Shown in pieces: positions 62,687-64,000 of a stretch of 64,000 nt of DNA. Source of the stretch: Pristiophorus japonicus (Eukaryota); the NCBI RefSeq assembly GCF_044704955.1, contig NC_091984.1, positions 144,336,001-144,400,000 on the forward strand. Direction: 5' to 3'. The position numbers and the translations under genes were made by a program. The first letter of the stretch is position 1. Every line of letters begins with the position of its first letter. The notes under the pieces were generated by a model, which saw only the letters and a program-made list of their open reading frames with translations, did not search any database and had not been told where the DNA came from.

Positions 62687-64000
62687 TGTAATGTCTGTAA
62701 GCTTGTAATGTGTGTAGCTCCACACTGTGGATGTGGATGTATTGTGTACTGCAACTGCAGAGTTAATAATAAACAGAACCAGGCAGTTTCCGGAGGTTTC
62801 CGAGCGAGCTGCTGGCCATGTCGGAAGCTGTGTGTGCTGTACTCTGTGAAAATATCACATTTGGCGATGAGATGAGATTTTTCGGATGATATACAGATTA
62901 AATTTTGTTGTGGAAGGTTTCAGCCAGCCGTTAGAGACACTTTGGAAGTTTCTGTCTTTGGAAAAAAGCTACAAAATCCGAGGTAAAATACAGCACACGG
63001 TGTGAACAGCTAGAGATTAAAATGGCACGTGTAATAAGACATTTGGGAGAATATAGACACGACCGGGAACATTTTGAAGCATATGTGGATCGGCGAGAAA
63101 TGTATTTCACTGCAAATAACATAATCGAAGTTCCAGACAATGCAGTCCAGAACCAGGCTGTGTTGGAACGTAAGAAAGTGATCTTCTTATTGGAGGCAGC
63201 TCTGGCATTGTACGAAACCCTTGTAAATCTGCTTGTGCCTGACGAGCCAAAGGACACAACGATTAAAGAGATTTTAACAAAGCTGGAGCAGCACGATTAC
63301 CACAAGCCGTTAGAAATTGCTGAAAGCTATCGTTTCGGGTTTCGGATTCAAAAGACTAATGAATGTATCAGTAATTACATCGTAGCATTAAAAAAGCTTA
63401 CAATGCACTGTAATTTTGGAAACTTTCAAAACCGAGCATTACGGGATCGTTTTGTTTGTGGGGTGATGCGATCAGAAGGAAGTTATTGACGATGGATGAC
63501 TTGACTTTTGAGATTGCTTGTCAGACAGCGAGGTCGATGGGTATGGCCGAACAATATGCCCGAGAATTAAATAATAATTACGGTCTTCAGTCAACTGAAG
63601 TAAATCACCTGCAGGTTCAAAGTAAAAGACAGTGGGGGCCCAAAGTCTCAGAAACTGGAAATTCTAACAGAGCATCGAAGTCGTGCTATAGGTGCCTGGG
63701 TCAACACATTGCTCAAAGTTATCCATACATGAAGGCAGATTGTTTCTTCTGCAGGAAGACTAGGCATCTTGCGAAGGCATGCCGACTGAAGGGTAAACCA
63801 GCTTTCAAAGCTATGAGTCCAGCATTCAAAGCTATGAATCGAAATCCCAAGAGACTAAATAGCATGGAAGAACAACAACAGGACGAGGAGATGTTAGAGT
63901 TACACATCATCAGGAGCACGAGGTTAACAGACAGCGATTTGGAAAGCATCAAAATCCACATAGATGTTGCGGGATTCAAGATATCAATGGAAATTGCCAC
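62687..64000 (+). mobile_element. Ty3/Gypsy element (5' LTR, PBS, gag), antisense within the presumed J-C intron of copy 3; runs off the window
   Basis: LTR 62687-62859 (tgtaa..caca), PBS tggcgatgag 62862-62871, gag from 63022, CFFCRKTRHLAKAC. Same family as 42590-44347. Confidence 0.9.

Overview
Eukaryotic (cartilaginous fish, most likely shark) genomic DNA from an immunoglobulin kappa-type (type III / NS4-like) light-chain region. Three near-identical C-kappa exons are present: 50-378 (+, intact), 13921-14248 (+, 1-nt deletion, no V/J upstream) and 61046-61374 (-, intact). I found no V or J-kappa segment in the window. Each exon sits in a copy of the same roughly 10-kb duplicon; one copy is a direct tandem repeat and one is inverted. 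The copies were later invaded by different elements, and most of the window is decayed mobile DNA: Ty3/Gypsy (Mag-like) LTR elements, CR1, L2 and RTE LINEs, tRNA-derived SINEs, a PIF/Harbinger transposon and MITE, and several minisatellites. The most notable items are: (i) a retrovirus-type element (LPQG/YVDD RT, tether plus second RNase H, no env) resembling lokiretroviruses; (ii) a separate older remnant with an env-like glycoprotein whose sequence appears to have seeded a 52-bp minisatellite; (iii) a gene-conversion signature in the orphan C-kappa; and (iv) a promoter-like + 23-RSS-like + JH-like cassette just 3' of every C-kappa, placed like a kappa-deleting element (speculative). All assignments come from reading the sequence; no searches were run, and repeat boundaries are approximate unless termini are quoted.
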